Assembly (NCBI GenBank): GCA_000436735.1
Contig: FR887093.1
Coordinates: 1-53,919 of the forward strand
Length of the DNA stretch: 53,919 bases
Direction: 5' to 3'
Source of the DNA: Firmicutes bacterium CAG:170
Lineage (GTDB): Bacteria; Bacillota; Clostridia; Oscillospirales; Oscillospiraceae
Positions within the stretch are counted from its first letter, which is position 1. Each line of letters opens with the position of its first letter. The translations under genes were made by a program, and so were the position numbers. The notes below the pieces were generated by a model. The model searched no databases. It was not told the origin of the DNA and was given only the letters and a program-made list of their open reading frames with translations. Positions 24,958-34,444 of the stretch are shown in pieces.

Positions 24958-25803
24958 ATGGCAACCGCAAAAAGATTCTATTGGATGAAGCTCAAGGAGA
25001 GCTTTATGACCTCCGACACCATTGACTACTTTATGTCACAGCCAGACGGTGCAAACTACGTTGTTCTCTATCAGATGCTTTGTCTCAAGACCATCAACAC
25101 CGATGGTCGCTTATCTCGACAGATCGGTGAGGTCGTTATCAAATACGACATTCCGAAAATCCAGCGCGATCTCAAATGGTTCTCTGCGGACACAATCCGC
25201 GTGGCTCTCAATCTCTATAAATCTTTTGGTCTTGTTTATGAAGACATTGACGGTGTTCTGGTTCTTGCGGACCACAACAATCTCGTTGGAAGCGAAACCG
25301 ATGCAGCTTCCCGCATGAGAAATGTCCGTTCTCGCAAGGCTGACGCCCTTCCCGAAAGTGTAACGCAAGGCGAACAGACTGCGAACATTGTTACACCAGA
25401 GATAGAGAATAGAGATAGAGATAAAGAGATTAGAGATAAGAGCTTAGATACAGATATAGAGGATACAGAAGATTCTTGCGCAGAGCCGGTAACCGTCTCC
25501 GCGCCGCCGATCATCAGCATCATTCTGAATGACAAGTCGTTCTTCGATGTGTCTCCGGAGGATTACAACCGCTGGTGCGAGCTGTACCCCGCTGTCAACG
25601 TCATGCAGGAACTCAGGAAGATGTCAAGCTGGAGCACCGACAATCCCAAGCGGCGCAAGACGAAATCAGGAATCCGCCGGTTCATCAATGCTTGGCTTTC
25701 CAAGGAGCAGGACAAGGGCGGGCAGTATCGTTATCAGGGTGGTAGCTCCAGCGGCAACGTATTTACCGACATTGCGGAGGGAATGAGAAATGGACAGGCT
25801 TGA
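24958..25803 (+). CDS. Phage replisome organizer / replication initiator
   Basis: RFYWMKLKESF N-terminal domain; C-terminal NPKRRKTKSGIRRFINAWL. Confidence 0.85.
   Translation: MATAKRFYWMKLKESFMTSDTIDYFMSQPDGANYVVLYQMLCLKTINTDGRLSRQIGEVVIKYDIPKIQRDLKWFSADTIRVALNLYKSFGLVYEDIDGVLVLADHNNLVGSETDAASRMRNVRSRKADALPESVTQGEQTANIVTPEIENRDRDKEIRDKSLDTDIEDTEDSCAEPVTVSAPPIISIILNDKSFFDVSPEDYNRWCELYPAVNVMQELRKMSSWSTDNPKRRKTKSGIRRFINAWLSKEQDKGGQYRYQGGSSSGNVFTDIAEGMRNGQA
25398..25468 (+). repeat. AGAGAT-type repeats inside the initiator gene (candidate origin)
   Basis: AGAGATAGAGAATAGAGATAGAGATAAAGAGATTAGAGATAAGAG.. Confidence 0.55.
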
Positions 25804-26347
25804 AACAGCTGACATTTTGGCAGTTCTGAAAGCCGCCTATCCCCAGTTTTACAACGGGCTTAGCCCCAAGGAGGCAAACAAGATCGTCGATCTCTGGGCT
25901 GAGATGTTCAAGGATGAGCCCGTCATGGTCGTTGCCGTTGCAGTAAAAGCCATGATCGCCTCACGGACAAACACGTTTCCACCGAACATCGGCGAAGTCA
26001 AAGAGCAAATCACGAAGATGCGTATGCCGAAGAAAATGACCGCCGCCGAGGCGTGGACGCTGGTCTACCGGGCGATTGCAAACAGCGGCTACAACGCAAA
26101 AGAGGAATACGACCGTCTGCCGCCAACAATTCAGCGGCTTGTCGGTTCGCCGCAGCAGCTCCGGGAATGGGGCATGATGAACGCCGAAACAGTGCAAAGC
26201 GTGGTCGCTTCCAACTTTCAGCGCTCCTACACGGTGCGCATCAAGAGCGATCGGGAGTATATGGCGCTCCCGTCAGACATAAAACAGATGATTTCCAGCG
26301 TCGCGCAGCAATTTGCGCTCGGCGACGGAAATGAGAATGGAGGATGA
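25790..26347 (+). CDS. Replicative helicase loader/inhibitor (G39P-like)
   Basis: ILAVLKAAYP..LWAEMF..FPPNIGEV; follows the initiator. Confidence 0.75.
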   Translation: MDRLETADILAVLKAAYPQFYNGLSPKEANKIVDLWAEMFKDEPVMVVAVAVKAMIASRTNTFPPNIGEVKEQITKMRMPKKMTAAEAWTLVYRAIANSGYNAKEEYDRLPPTIQRLVGSPQQLREWGMMNAETVQSVVASNFQRSYTVRIKSDREYMALPSDIKQMISSVAQQFALGDGNENGG

Positions 26348-26351
26348 GGAT

Positions 26352-27041
26352 ATGAAAAGATGGGCAAGGCGCAACCTGCCTACGGTTGTTCTTCTGGCGG
26401 CGCTGATCCTGCTCGCCGCGTTGGTGCTTGCGATTGCGATGCCACGCGAAACCGAAAATACGCCTGTTGTTTCCGCGGCAATTTCGCCGACGTTTGACGA
26501 AGCGGCCTATCAGAGCCGCTTGGAGGTCGAAGCCTACGCGGAGGTCGAACACGAAACAGCCGATATTCCCGGTACATACGATCTGCCAGAGCCTCCCCAA
26601 GAGGCAGACAGCGAGCCTTGCGGAAAGGGCGGCTTCGTAGACGCACAGGACAAACGTGACTTGGAGCTCCTTGCCATCACCTGTTATACGGAAGCCGGCG
26701 GCGACAACTGCTGCGACCTGTGCCGCTATCGCGTATGCGACGTTCCCCTTATGCGCAGAGCTGACCCGCGCTATCCCGACACGCTCGAAGGTGTTCTGAC
26801 GCAGCCGAAGCAGTACGGCACCTTTTCGGAAACTGGCGTTGTCTGGCCAGCTCGTGCATCTGAGCCCGGCGAGGCCCACGCCGTTGCGCGGGCATGGGCT
26901 GTAGCGGAAGATGTTCTTTCCGGAAATCACAGCGATCTCTGGGGCAAGGGTTACATCTTCCAGGCAGAGTTTCCGCAAGGCAACGACCCGGACAGCCGAA
27001 TCTACTGCGAGCAATGCGGTATGTGGTACTGCAAAGGTTAG
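26352..27041 (+). CDS. Membrane-anchored SleB/Hydrolase_2-like cell wall hydrolase
   Basis: N-terminal TM; LLAITCYTEAGG..R..YPDTLEGVLTQPKQY. Confidence 0.7.
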   Translation: MKRWARRNLPTVVLLAALILLAALVLAIAMPRETENTPVVSAAISPTFDEAAYQSRLEVEAYAEVEHETADIPGTYDLPEPPQEADSEPCGKGGFVDAQDKRDLELLAITCYTEAGGDNCCDLCRYRVCDVPLMRRADPRYPDTLEGVLTQPKQYGTFSETGVVWPARASEPGEAHAVARAWAVAEDVLSGNHSDLWGKGYIFQAEFPQGNDPDSRIYCEQCGMWYCKG

Positions 27042-27050
27042 GAGGCAGCT

Positions 27051-27557
27051 ATGGCAAAAGACCCGAAAAGACAGCTTCTCGGCAAAATCGCCCGCCAGAA
27101 GGGCCAGTATTTCGAGCAGCGGCTTGACGGCTCTTTCGATTACTACAGCGGCCGCGGCTATGCAGTGATCGAAAAGACGCCTGAGCCGATGAAAGTTATC
27201 AAGCCAGAGGGCAACGGTCGCTTCTTGGCCTGCTACACCAAGAAAGCGCAGGTTGACTACAAAGGCACGCTCAAGGGCGGCAGGACAATCCTGATCGAAG
27301 CCAAATTCACGTCCACGGACCGTCTGACGCAGGATCGCGTTCTGGATATTCAGGCGGCCTACATGGACAGGCACCAGCAGCTCGGCGCTCGCTGCTTCGT
27401 CGTTGCCGGTTTCTCGACCGGCGAGGTCTACAAAATCCCTTGGAGCGACTGGCAGAACATGAAAACGTTGTTCGGCCGAAAGTACGTAAAAGAAACCGAT
27501 CTACAAAATTACAGAGTGAAGACAGCTTGGAATGGAACGCTGTTTTTGCTCGACTGA
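27051..27557 (+). CDS. RecU-like Holliday junction resolvase
   Basis: GQYFE..IEKTPEP..VDYKG..IEAK. Confidence 0.85.
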   Translation: MAKDPKRQLLGKIARQKGQYFEQRLDGSFDYYSGRGYAVIEKTPEPMKVIKPEGNGRFLACYTKKAQVDYKGTLKGGRTILIEAKFTSTDRLTQDRVLDIQAAYMDRHQQLGARCFVVAGFSTGEVYKIPWSDWQNMKTLFGRKYVKETDLQNYRVKTAWNGTLFLLD

Positions 27558-27578
27558 TGACTGAAAGGAGTCACTACC

Positions 27579-28325
27579 ATGAGTGAAATCACGTTATATG
27601 AAGCGCAAGCCAAGAAAATGCAGGGTATTTGTGACGAACACAATCTGACCTATCGCTTCCTCAAAGACCGCTACCCCATCATCTTCATCATCCGCCCGAT
27701 TCAGGGCATGGACGCACAGATTTCCATGCTAGAAGCGGTTGAGGAAGCAGGCTATATCAGCCCCGAAGCCGAAATGATGTGGATCTTCAAAGACGGTGCG
27801 CTTGAAACGCGCGTCACCGGCGGCACGTTTACGATCTCAAAAACGCTCCGCACCAAGATCGAATCGATCTTGATGAAGATGATTACATACTGGCAGCAGT
27901 ATTTCTTCAAGGACGTCTTGGAAAAGCACTCGCTTGCCGCTGGCATGATGCCAGTCATCAGCGAGGAAGAAGCCGCAGACGATGAATACGAGGAAGACGC
28001 GGAAGGCATCAACGAGGAAGCAGAAGCTGAAATGGATGACGTAAACGAGCTGGAGGACGCGGATGATGAACTCGGCGATACTGCCGACAATTCTGGCGCC
28101 GCCGATGATGACCTCTACGATCAGGCTGTCAGCATTGTGCGCATGGAGAACAAGGCGACTGTTTCTCTCCTCCAGCGCCGCCTGAATGTCGGCTATGCCC
28201 GCGCCGCCCGCATCATGGAGCTGCTGGAGGAAAACGGCATCGTCGGCCCGTACGCTGGCTCGAATCCGCGCGAAGTGCTCCCGGCTGATGAACCGGACGA
28301 TATGGAGGACGCGGCTGATGAATGA
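27579..28325 (+). CDS. Protein with C-terminal FtsK-gamma domain
   Basis: DDLYDQAVSIV..SLLQRRLNVGYARAARIMELLEENGIVGP..PREVL after an acidic linker. Confidence 0.85.
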   Translation: MSEITLYEAQAKKMQGICDEHNLTYRFLKDRYPIIFIIRPIQGMDAQISMLEAVEEAGYISPEAEMMWIFKDGALETRVTGGTFTISKTLRTKIESILMKMITYWQQYFFKDVLEKHSLAAGMMPVISEEEAADDEYEEDAEGINEEAEAEMDDVNELEDADDELGDTADNSGAADDDLYDQAVSIVRMENKATVSLLQRRLNVGYARAARIMELLEENGIVGPYAGSNPREVLPADEPDDMEDAADE

Positions 28326-28509
28326 GTTGAAGCCGCCGATGCTCAAGCGCGAGGACTACAAGGCTATCAAACACATGAACCGTGAGGACATGACGAAGTA
28401 CCTCTATCGTGTCTACCGGCGCGGCTTCGATGCTGGCGTCGAGTCCACCAAGGGCAAAGTCACCAAGCGTTCCATCGTACCGCCCGAACCGGTGCAGACG
28501 GAGGAATAA
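28318..28509 (+). CDS. Hypothetical protein
   Basis: REDYKAIKHMNREDMTKYLYRVYRRGF. Confidence 0.6.
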   Translation: MNELKPPMLKREDYKAIKHMNREDMTKYLYRVYRRGFDAGVESTKGKVTKRSIVPPEPVQTEE

Positions 28510-28512
28510 GCC

Positions 28513-29373
28513 ATGGGAAGAAGTGTGCCGCACAATCTGAAAAGCACCCATCAGACGGAGTTTGTAAAGATCTTCAACTCCCTCTGCGGCCGATATGGAC
28601 GCTGGGAAATCTGGCAAGATTTCATAACACTCGCCGCAATCGCGATCTCAAATACCGTTGACCGGAGTCAAGCCGCTGAGCGCGAAAAGACGTACATGAC
28701 GATTGCCGGAAAGTACAAGCCCGAAGAAATGCTCAAATTCTCGCAGATGCTCCAAGAGGTCGTGATTGGTATGGATTTTAACCCGGACCAGGACTTTCTC
28801 GGTGAGCTTTACATGGCGCTTGATCTGGGCAATGACCACGCTGGACAGTTTTTCACGCCCTATAATGTCTGCCGTATGATGGCCGAGATCACCGGCACAG
28901 ACCTCCAAGCGCGTGTAGAGCGGGACGGCTGGATCTCCGTCAACGATTGTGCCTGCGGTGCAGGAGCGTTGCTGGTGGCGTTTGCAAACGCCTGTACGCG
29001 GCAGAAAATCAACTATCAGACCTCTGTGCTTTTTGTAGCACAGGACATTGACTACATCGTTGGTCTGATGTGCTACCTGCAGCTATCGCTCATGGGCTGC
29101 GCCGGGTACGTCGTGATTGGCGACACGCTTCTTCATCCCTCAACAGCACTTGACCGCCGGGGACTTATCCCCCGGCCAGACCAGAACATATGGTACACCC
29201 CGTTTTATTTCCGCGACATCTGGCACTACCGCCGCATTTGGGCGCAGATGGATTTACTGCTTCAGACAGACGAAAAACCCGCCGAGCAAGTTACCGGCAA
29301 GTTAAAATCGTCTGCCGCGCTGCCGCCCTTGCCCTTGCAGGAAACGAAAACCGGGCAGCTCACACTATTCTGA
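28513..29373 (+). CDS. N6-adenine methyltransferase-like protein (HsdM-type fold)
   Basis: DFLGELYM..GQFFTP..VNDCACGAG..QDID; no NPPY motif. Confidence 0.75.
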   Translation: MGRSVPHNLKSTHQTEFVKIFNSLCGRYGRWEIWQDFITLAAIAISNTVDRSQAAEREKTYMTIAGKYKPEEMLKFSQMLQEVVIGMDFNPDQDFLGELYMALDLGNDHAGQFFTPYNVCRMMAEITGTDLQARVERDGWISVNDCACGAGALLVAFANACTRQKINYQTSVLFVAQDIDYIVGLMCYLQLSLMGCAGYVVIGDTLLHPSTALDRRGLIPRPDQNIWYTPFYFRDIWHYRRIWAQMDLLLQTDEKPAEQVTGKLKSSAALPPLPLQETKTGQLTLF

Positions 29374-29397
29374 CAGAAAGGAGGAATCGCCTGACAC

Positions 29398-29745
29398 ATG
29401 GGAAAATGGACGGACGATCAACTTCAATATCTCCGCGAGCATAGTCGCTCACAGCCGGCAGCGGCTATTGCCGCAGCGCTTGGCCGGACGGGCGGAATCC
29501 GTCTCCCGGCAAACGTCGATGCTGTGTTGGCTGTGCTGGCGAAGCAGAAAGTCAAATGCGGCCGCGATCAGGCAGAACGCGTCGCTTGGAGAATCCTCAA
29601 AGATTGGGTAGCAGCACAAATGGCGATTCTGGAATCTGAGATGGTGCAAATGGACGAAGTTTTTCTGCCGTACATGGTAAACGATTCCGGGCAGACGCTT
29701 TTCCAGTGCTACAAAAACAAACAACTTGCGATCGGAGGATATTGA
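29398..29745 (+). CDS. Hypothetical, apparently chimeric protein
   Basis: WTDDQLQYLRE..IAAALGRT HTH-like start joined to IRLPANV..QAERVAWRILKDWV. Confidence 0.55.
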   Translation: MGKWTDDQLQYLREHSRSQPAAAIAAALGRTGGIRLPANVDAVLAVLAKQKVKCGRDQAERVAWRILKDWVAAQMAILESEMVQMDEVFLPYMVNDSGQTLFQCYKNKQLAIGGY

Positions 29746-30206
29746 TGGAAGCAGTTAATTGTTTGAGATGCGAATACAAAGACGCCGATAACGGAAATTG
29801 CACCGCTGCAGGCGGATTCTGTACGGCCGTTCCAGCAGCGTATTGCCCGTTGCTGCGGCGGTATTTAGGTACAGGGATGACACCGGAACAGGCGGCAAAC
29901 GCCAAGACTATCATCGAATCCGCATTTGCGGAGGACACTTCGAAAGCTGAACGAATCAGAAAGCTGCTGGCCGCTGATAAGGAGGGCCGTGTCCTGATTC
30001 TACCGTGCAAACGCGGGGACGGTATTTACATCTGCGGCGCTGGCCGCGCATGGAGATTCTGGGTGACCGACGTGAGTACTCTTAATGGGCGTACAGTGCT
30101 TAATGTGCAAGGGTTCGGAACGATTGCAGCGGATGACATCGGCAAAACCGCGTTTCTCAGCTTAGAAGAAGCCGAGCGGGCTTTGGAGGAACAGAAAAAT
30201 GTCTAA
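29745..30206 (+). CDS. Hypothetical protein
   Basis: Cys-rich N-terminus; GRVLILPCK..IGKTAFLSLEEAERAL, a common phage motif. Confidence 0.65.
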   Translation: MEAVNCLRCEYKDADNGNCTAAGGFCTAVPAAYCPLLRRYLGTGMTPEQAANAKTIIESAFAEDTSKAERIRKLLAADKEGRVLILPCKRGDGIYICGAGRAWRFWVTDVSTLNGRTVLNVQGFGTIAADDIGKTAFLSLEEAERALEEQKNV

Positions 30207-30921
30207 GCCGAAAAAGCTGGGTATGCCAGCCGCCTATACCTCGAACGCCAGAGCTGATTTTCTGCGCCGCCCAAAAGCGGCAGAACGCCGGAAATGGGCT
30301 GTCGCAAGCGATGATCGGCTGGCGCGTATGGAGCAGAAACGGATGGAACGTGAAAAGGAGGACATGAACAGTGACCAGAAAACGCGCAGTTAAGTTGCTG
30401 ATGGCTCGCGGGTATAGCCGAAATCATGCAAACGGACTTATGCGGAACAAGGCACCCGGCGACAGCAATTTCCAAGCATATAACGCATATCTGCGTTGTG
30501 AGAGAATCTGCGATGCATTTGACCGGCTCTCAAGCTGCTTTTACAATTATGGCGCTTCTGCGGACGTTCTCGCCAAAGCTCTTTTCTCTTTTGGCAAGTC
30601 TTTGACCGGGAGGTGACGGCATGAAGAGAAAAAGAGCGTTAAAGATGCTGATGGGCGCTGGCATGAGCAGAAACGACGCCAGCCGGTTCATCCGAGAACC
30701 TTTTGCAGTCGGGAACGATGCCAAAGTCTTCGTCGGTCTATACAGGATGGCGGTCAGGAAATCACATGTACACGTCATGGCCGACGGTGACGAAACGTTC
30801 ATACGTTTCATTCCAAAGAACGAGCAGCCTCATTGCTACTTTAACACGCACCTCGCGTGCCCCGCAGATCGCGTTTGCACGATCTGCCGAAATCTCAATT
30901 CTCAAGGTAGGGGGTATTGCG

Positions 30922-31107
30922 ATGCCGAGAACCGATGAATTGACCTGCCGATTTTGCGGTGCAGACAGTCGCTGCAAGATTGAGGAAGTATATCTGCGTC
31001 CAAGAACACCGCCCATGTTTTGCGTCAGGTGTTATAATTGCGGTAGAGCGGGTACACCGAAAGGCACAAAGAAAACCGCAATCCGTGCGTGGAAGAAGAC
31101 GAAATAA
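30922..31107 (+). CDS. Lar-like (restriction alleviation) zinc-finger protein
   Basis: CRFCG..VRCYNCG..AIRAW pattern. Confidence 0.6.
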   Translation: MPRTDELTCRFCGADSRCKIEEVYLRPRTPPMFCVRCYNCGRAGTPKGTKKTAIRAWKKTK

Positions 31108-31128
31108 CGATGGAAAGGGGCGGCGCAC

Positions 31129-31533
31129 ATGACTCTGGCACAGTTGAATGAGCATCTGGACGCGGTTCAGCAACTTGCAAGGACCGAGGAGACGCTTAAA
31201 AACCTTTGGGATGCTGCCGTCCCGGGTGCGCAGAAATTGACCGGAATGCCCCACGCAAGCGGCGTCAGAGACAAGGTTGGTGACTTTGCCGTAGAGATCG
31301 CAGACTTGGAATCTGAGATCGAGCGCGAAAAAGCCGTAATCGCGGAAAGTGAAGAACGCATCGCTGCTTGGATTTCCACCATCGAAGACGGAACGACCCG
31401 CATTATCTTCCGTCTCCGCTTCATTCGCGCAATGCAGTGGAAAGAAATTGCCGGGATTGTTGGCAAGTACAGCACCGAGTCCAGCGTGAAGCACGCCGTA
31501 TATCGCTGCCTGTCTGAACCGGCCCACGATTGA
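31129..31533 (+). CDS. ArpU/RinA-like late transcriptional activator
   Basis: LTGMPHASG..RIIFRLRFIRAMQWKEIA; last gene of the early block. Confidence 0.75.
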   Translation: MTLAQLNEHLDAVQQLARTEETLKNLWDAAVPGAQKLTGMPHASGVRDKVGDFAVEIADLESEIEREKAVIAESEERIAAWISTIEDGTTRIIFRLRFIRAMQWKEIAGIVGKYSTESSVKHAVYRCLSEPAHD

Positions 31534-31856
31534 TTGCGGATATACGCCATGGTATCTATTTGCACGTAATTGTACGTAATTGCACGCAATTAAATTTTGT
31601 CGCACGGCGTGGTGCTTTCATGTCCGCAGACAATATGCTAGTATTAGACTCGTAAAATTCCAAATCAAGCCGGGCGGCGCTCCTGATCGGGGGGCGCTGC
31701 TCATTTTATTCGGAAGGAGGACTTGCCTCCACGATGCTCCTTGCGTGGAGGATGGCTCGGACCTGCGGCGTATCGCCAACGCTGCCGGCTGCGGGTACAT
31801 CGAAAAAAAGGAGGAAACCCTATGTTGCTCACATGAGCGGCGCGGGGTCGGCAGCA

Positions 31857-32975
31857 ATGATCTACTTGCAAAACAACGTATTCGATGAAGCATTGGAACG
31901 GCTGCGGATGATCTTCGACGGCCACGACGATGTGATCGTCAGCATGTCCGGCGGCAAGGACAGTACAGTTCTTTTCCGCATGGCGCTTATGGTTGCGCAG
32001 GAGCGCGGGCGTCTGCCGCTCAAGGTATTCTGGCTCGATCAGGAAGCTGAGTGGCAAGCGACGGTGGACTATATGCAGCACATCATGGAGCTGCCGGAAG
32101 TCACGCCGTACTGGTATCAGATCCCCTTTGAATTCACAAACACGCTCTCCCCGGAGAAGAATTTCATCAGTGTTTGGAATCCGGAGGACAAAGCGATCTG
32201 GATTCACCCGCAGCACCCGCTCTCCATCAAGGAAAACCCCAGCAGCGAAAACCGATTCCATGAGCTTGTCAACGTCCTCCCGTCCTACTGCACCGATTCT
32301 GAGAATTGTGCCGTGCTGGTGGGAATGCGCATGACGGAAAGCCTGAACCGGCGCGTTGCTATCACGCAGCATGAAGCCCGATACAAAGGCGTGACGTGGT
32401 GCAAGAAGAAAGTTGGCAGGTGTCAGGTGTTCTGGCCGATCTACGATTTCACCAACGATGACATCTGGACAGCCATTGCCAAGAATCACTGGGCATACAA
32501 TCGCGTCTACGATCTGCAATACCAGTGGGGCTTGGCCAAGGAGGCCATGCGCGTCTCAGCGCTCATCCACGAAACCGCCTGGCACTCGATTGAAATGCTG
32601 CAGGAGTTTGAGCCGGACACCTACAACAAGTTCATCCGTCGCGTATCTGGCGTCGGTACATTCGCCCATACCTTTGACAGCGGTGACATCATCCCGCGCC
32701 AGCTCCCCTTTGCGTTCCGTTCGTGGCAGGAATACCGCGACTATCTGCTTGCCAATATCGTGAAGCCCGAATACCACGAGCTGTTCCGAAACCGCTGGAA
32801 GAATCAGACCGGAGACGAATGGTATCGTGTCCATGTCAAAGAGATCGTCCTGAATGATATTGATGGCACGAACAACGCAAATGCCCGCTCCCGTTTCCGC
32901 ATCCGGGAAAAGGCTCCCACCTATCGCAAACGCGACGCCGCGCAGTTTGAGCAATATATGGGCAGCAAGAAATGA
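31857..32975 (+). CDS. PAPS-reductase-family (IbrA-like) protein
   Basis: NVFDEALERL, SMSGGKDS PP-loop, WLDQEAE, VGMRMTESLNR, PIYDFTNDDIW, MRVS. Alternative start at 31833. Confidence 0.88.
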   Translation: MIYLQNNVFDEALERLRMIFDGHDDVIVSMSGGKDSTVLFRMALMVAQERGRLPLKVFWLDQEAEWQATVDYMQHIMELPEVTPYWYQIPFEFTNTLSPEKNFISVWNPEDKAIWIHPQHPLSIKENPSSENRFHELVNVLPSYCTDSENCAVLVGMRMTESLNRRVAITQHEARYKGVTWCKKKVGRCQVFWPIYDFTNDDIWTAIAKNHWAYNRVYDLQYQWGLAKEAMRVSALIHETAWHSIEMLQEFEPDTYNKFIRRVSGVGTFAHTFDSGDIIPRQLPFAFRSWQEYRDYLLANIVKPEYHELFRNRWKNQTGDEWYRVHVKEIVLNDIDGTNNANARSRFRIREKAPTYRKRDAAQFEQYMGSKK

Positions 32976-33544
32976 TTTCAGATCAGCCCATTCATCAGGT
33001 CGAGTGGATACCCATTGAAAAGGTCCACGCAAACGACTACAACCCCAACAGTGTCGCCACGCAGGAGATGAAGCTGCTTTATCGCTCCGTCAAAGCGGAC
33101 GGCTACACGCAGCCCGTCGTTACCATCTACGACGAAAAGAAAGACCGGTATGTTATCGTCGACGGCTTCCACCGATACAGCATCATGCGCAGATTCAAAG
33201 ACATCTACGTTTCATGCGAAGGGAAGCTGCCCTGTGTTGTGCTTCATGGCAAGACCATGAACGACCTCATGGCTTCGACAGTCCGGCACAACCGCGCCAG
33301 AGGCAAGCACTCCATTAACGGTATGTCCAATATCGTCATGGAAATGCTGATGAACGGCGCGACCGATCTGCAGGTCTGCAATGAGCTTGGCCTAGAACCG
33401 GAAGAGCTAGTGCGCCTCAAGCACATCACCGGATATGCGAAGCTCTACGAAAACAATTCATTCACACGCGCTGCGATCTCCGAGAATCAGGCACGTCAGC
33501 TTCAGAAGTATCGAAAGGAGGCTGGCACTGATGGAGATTGTTAA
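32972..33544 (+). CDS. ParB/Srx-domain IbrB-like protein
   Basis: ANDYNPNSVA..GYTQPVV..VDGFHRY..STVRHNRARGKH. Confidence 0.88.
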   Translation: MISDQPIHQVEWIPIEKVHANDYNPNSVATQEMKLLYRSVKADGYTQPVVTIYDEKKDRYVIVDGFHRYSIMRRFKDIYVSCEGKLPCVVLHGKTMNDLMASTVRHNRARGKHSINGMSNIVMEMLMNGATDLQVCNELGLEPEELVRLKHITGYAKLYENNSFTRAAISENQARQLQKYRKEAGTDGDC

Positions 33545-34190
33545 TCAGATCGTGATGAAGAAGATTTCCGAGGTCAAGCCCTATGTCCGCAATCCCCGGA
33601 AAAACGATAAGACGGTCAACCTGCTTGTCGAGATCATTCCGAAGGTTGGCTTCAACGTGCCGCTGGTCATCGACCGCAACGGTATCATCGTCAAAGGTCA
33701 TGCCCGTTATGCTGCCGCCATTCGGCTCGGCATGGAGGAAATACCCTGCGTCGTAACAGACGCCGACGAAGAAACGATCAAGCTCGACCGTCTGGCCGAC
33801 AACCGCATTTCCGAATTCTCCGAGTGGATCAACGACGAGCTGCTCCACGAGATCGATATGCTCAACCTTGACTTTGACTTCGATCTCGAATCCCTTGGCT
33901 TCCCCGCTCCCAGCGACGATTTTGACGCCGATGCTCTTTTCGATGATGGGGTGGTCGGTGAATCCGAAGAGGACCGCCGTGCCAGATACCAAGCCTATCT
34001 GGATAACGCCGCAAAGGAAGAAGCACAGAATGTTGCAATCACCACGCAGGAGCAGGTAGACCGCGCCAAAGCGTCCGCTCTGAGCGTAGCCGAGAAGCCG
34101 CCCAAGTATGCCAAGGTCGTTTGTGAGCATTGCGGCCACGTCATGTTCATCAAGGAGGGCGATGCACTTTTCTCCACCGAACAATCGTAG
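33531..34190 (+). CDS. ParB N-terminal domain protein with C-terminal Zn ribbon
   Basis: PYVRNPRKN..GFNVPLVID..GHARY..LADNR; CEHCG. Confidence 0.85.
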   Translation: MEIVNQIVMKKISEVKPYVRNPRKNDKTVNLLVEIIPKVGFNVPLVIDRNGIIVKGHARYAAAIRLGMEEIPCVVTDADEETIKLDRLADNRISEFSEWINDELLHEIDMLNLDFDFDLESLGFPAPSDDFDADALFDDGVVGESEEDRRARYQAYLDNAAKEEAQNVAITTQEQVDRAKASALSVAEKPPKYAKVVCEHCGHVMFIKEGDALFSTEQS

Positions 34191-34270
34191 CCCCGGTAAT
34201 TATTCGTAAGGGCTGGGTGGGTATGCAGCCAATCCCCTGTCAAATCCGTACAGATGTGAGGCGATAAACG

Positions 34271-34444
34271 ATGCAAGAACAAGAGAAGATTCCTGTCTGG
34301 GTGCAGATCGTCAATGGAAAGACGGTGTGCATCTGCCATCGAGGGCGCAAAGGCTGCAAGAAGCCCTGTGAAAAGGACGTTGTCACGCGCGATAAGTTTG
34401 CTGGGTGGCAGGGTATCATGCGTCGTGATCGATTCGGTCGCTGA
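34271..34444 (+). CDS. Small Cys-rich basic protein
   Basis: MQEQEKIPVWVQIVNGKTVCICHRGRKGCKKPC..; GAGG RBS. Confidence 0.5.
   Translation: MQEQEKIPVWVQIVNGKTVCICHRGRKGCKKPCEKDVVTRDKFAGWQGIMRRDRFGR

Noticed and set aside
31857..32975. Sulfate-assimilation auxiliary gene cysH
   Set aside because: Length, motifs and pairing with an IbrB-like ParB gene fit the IbrA-like group; no other cys genes are present.
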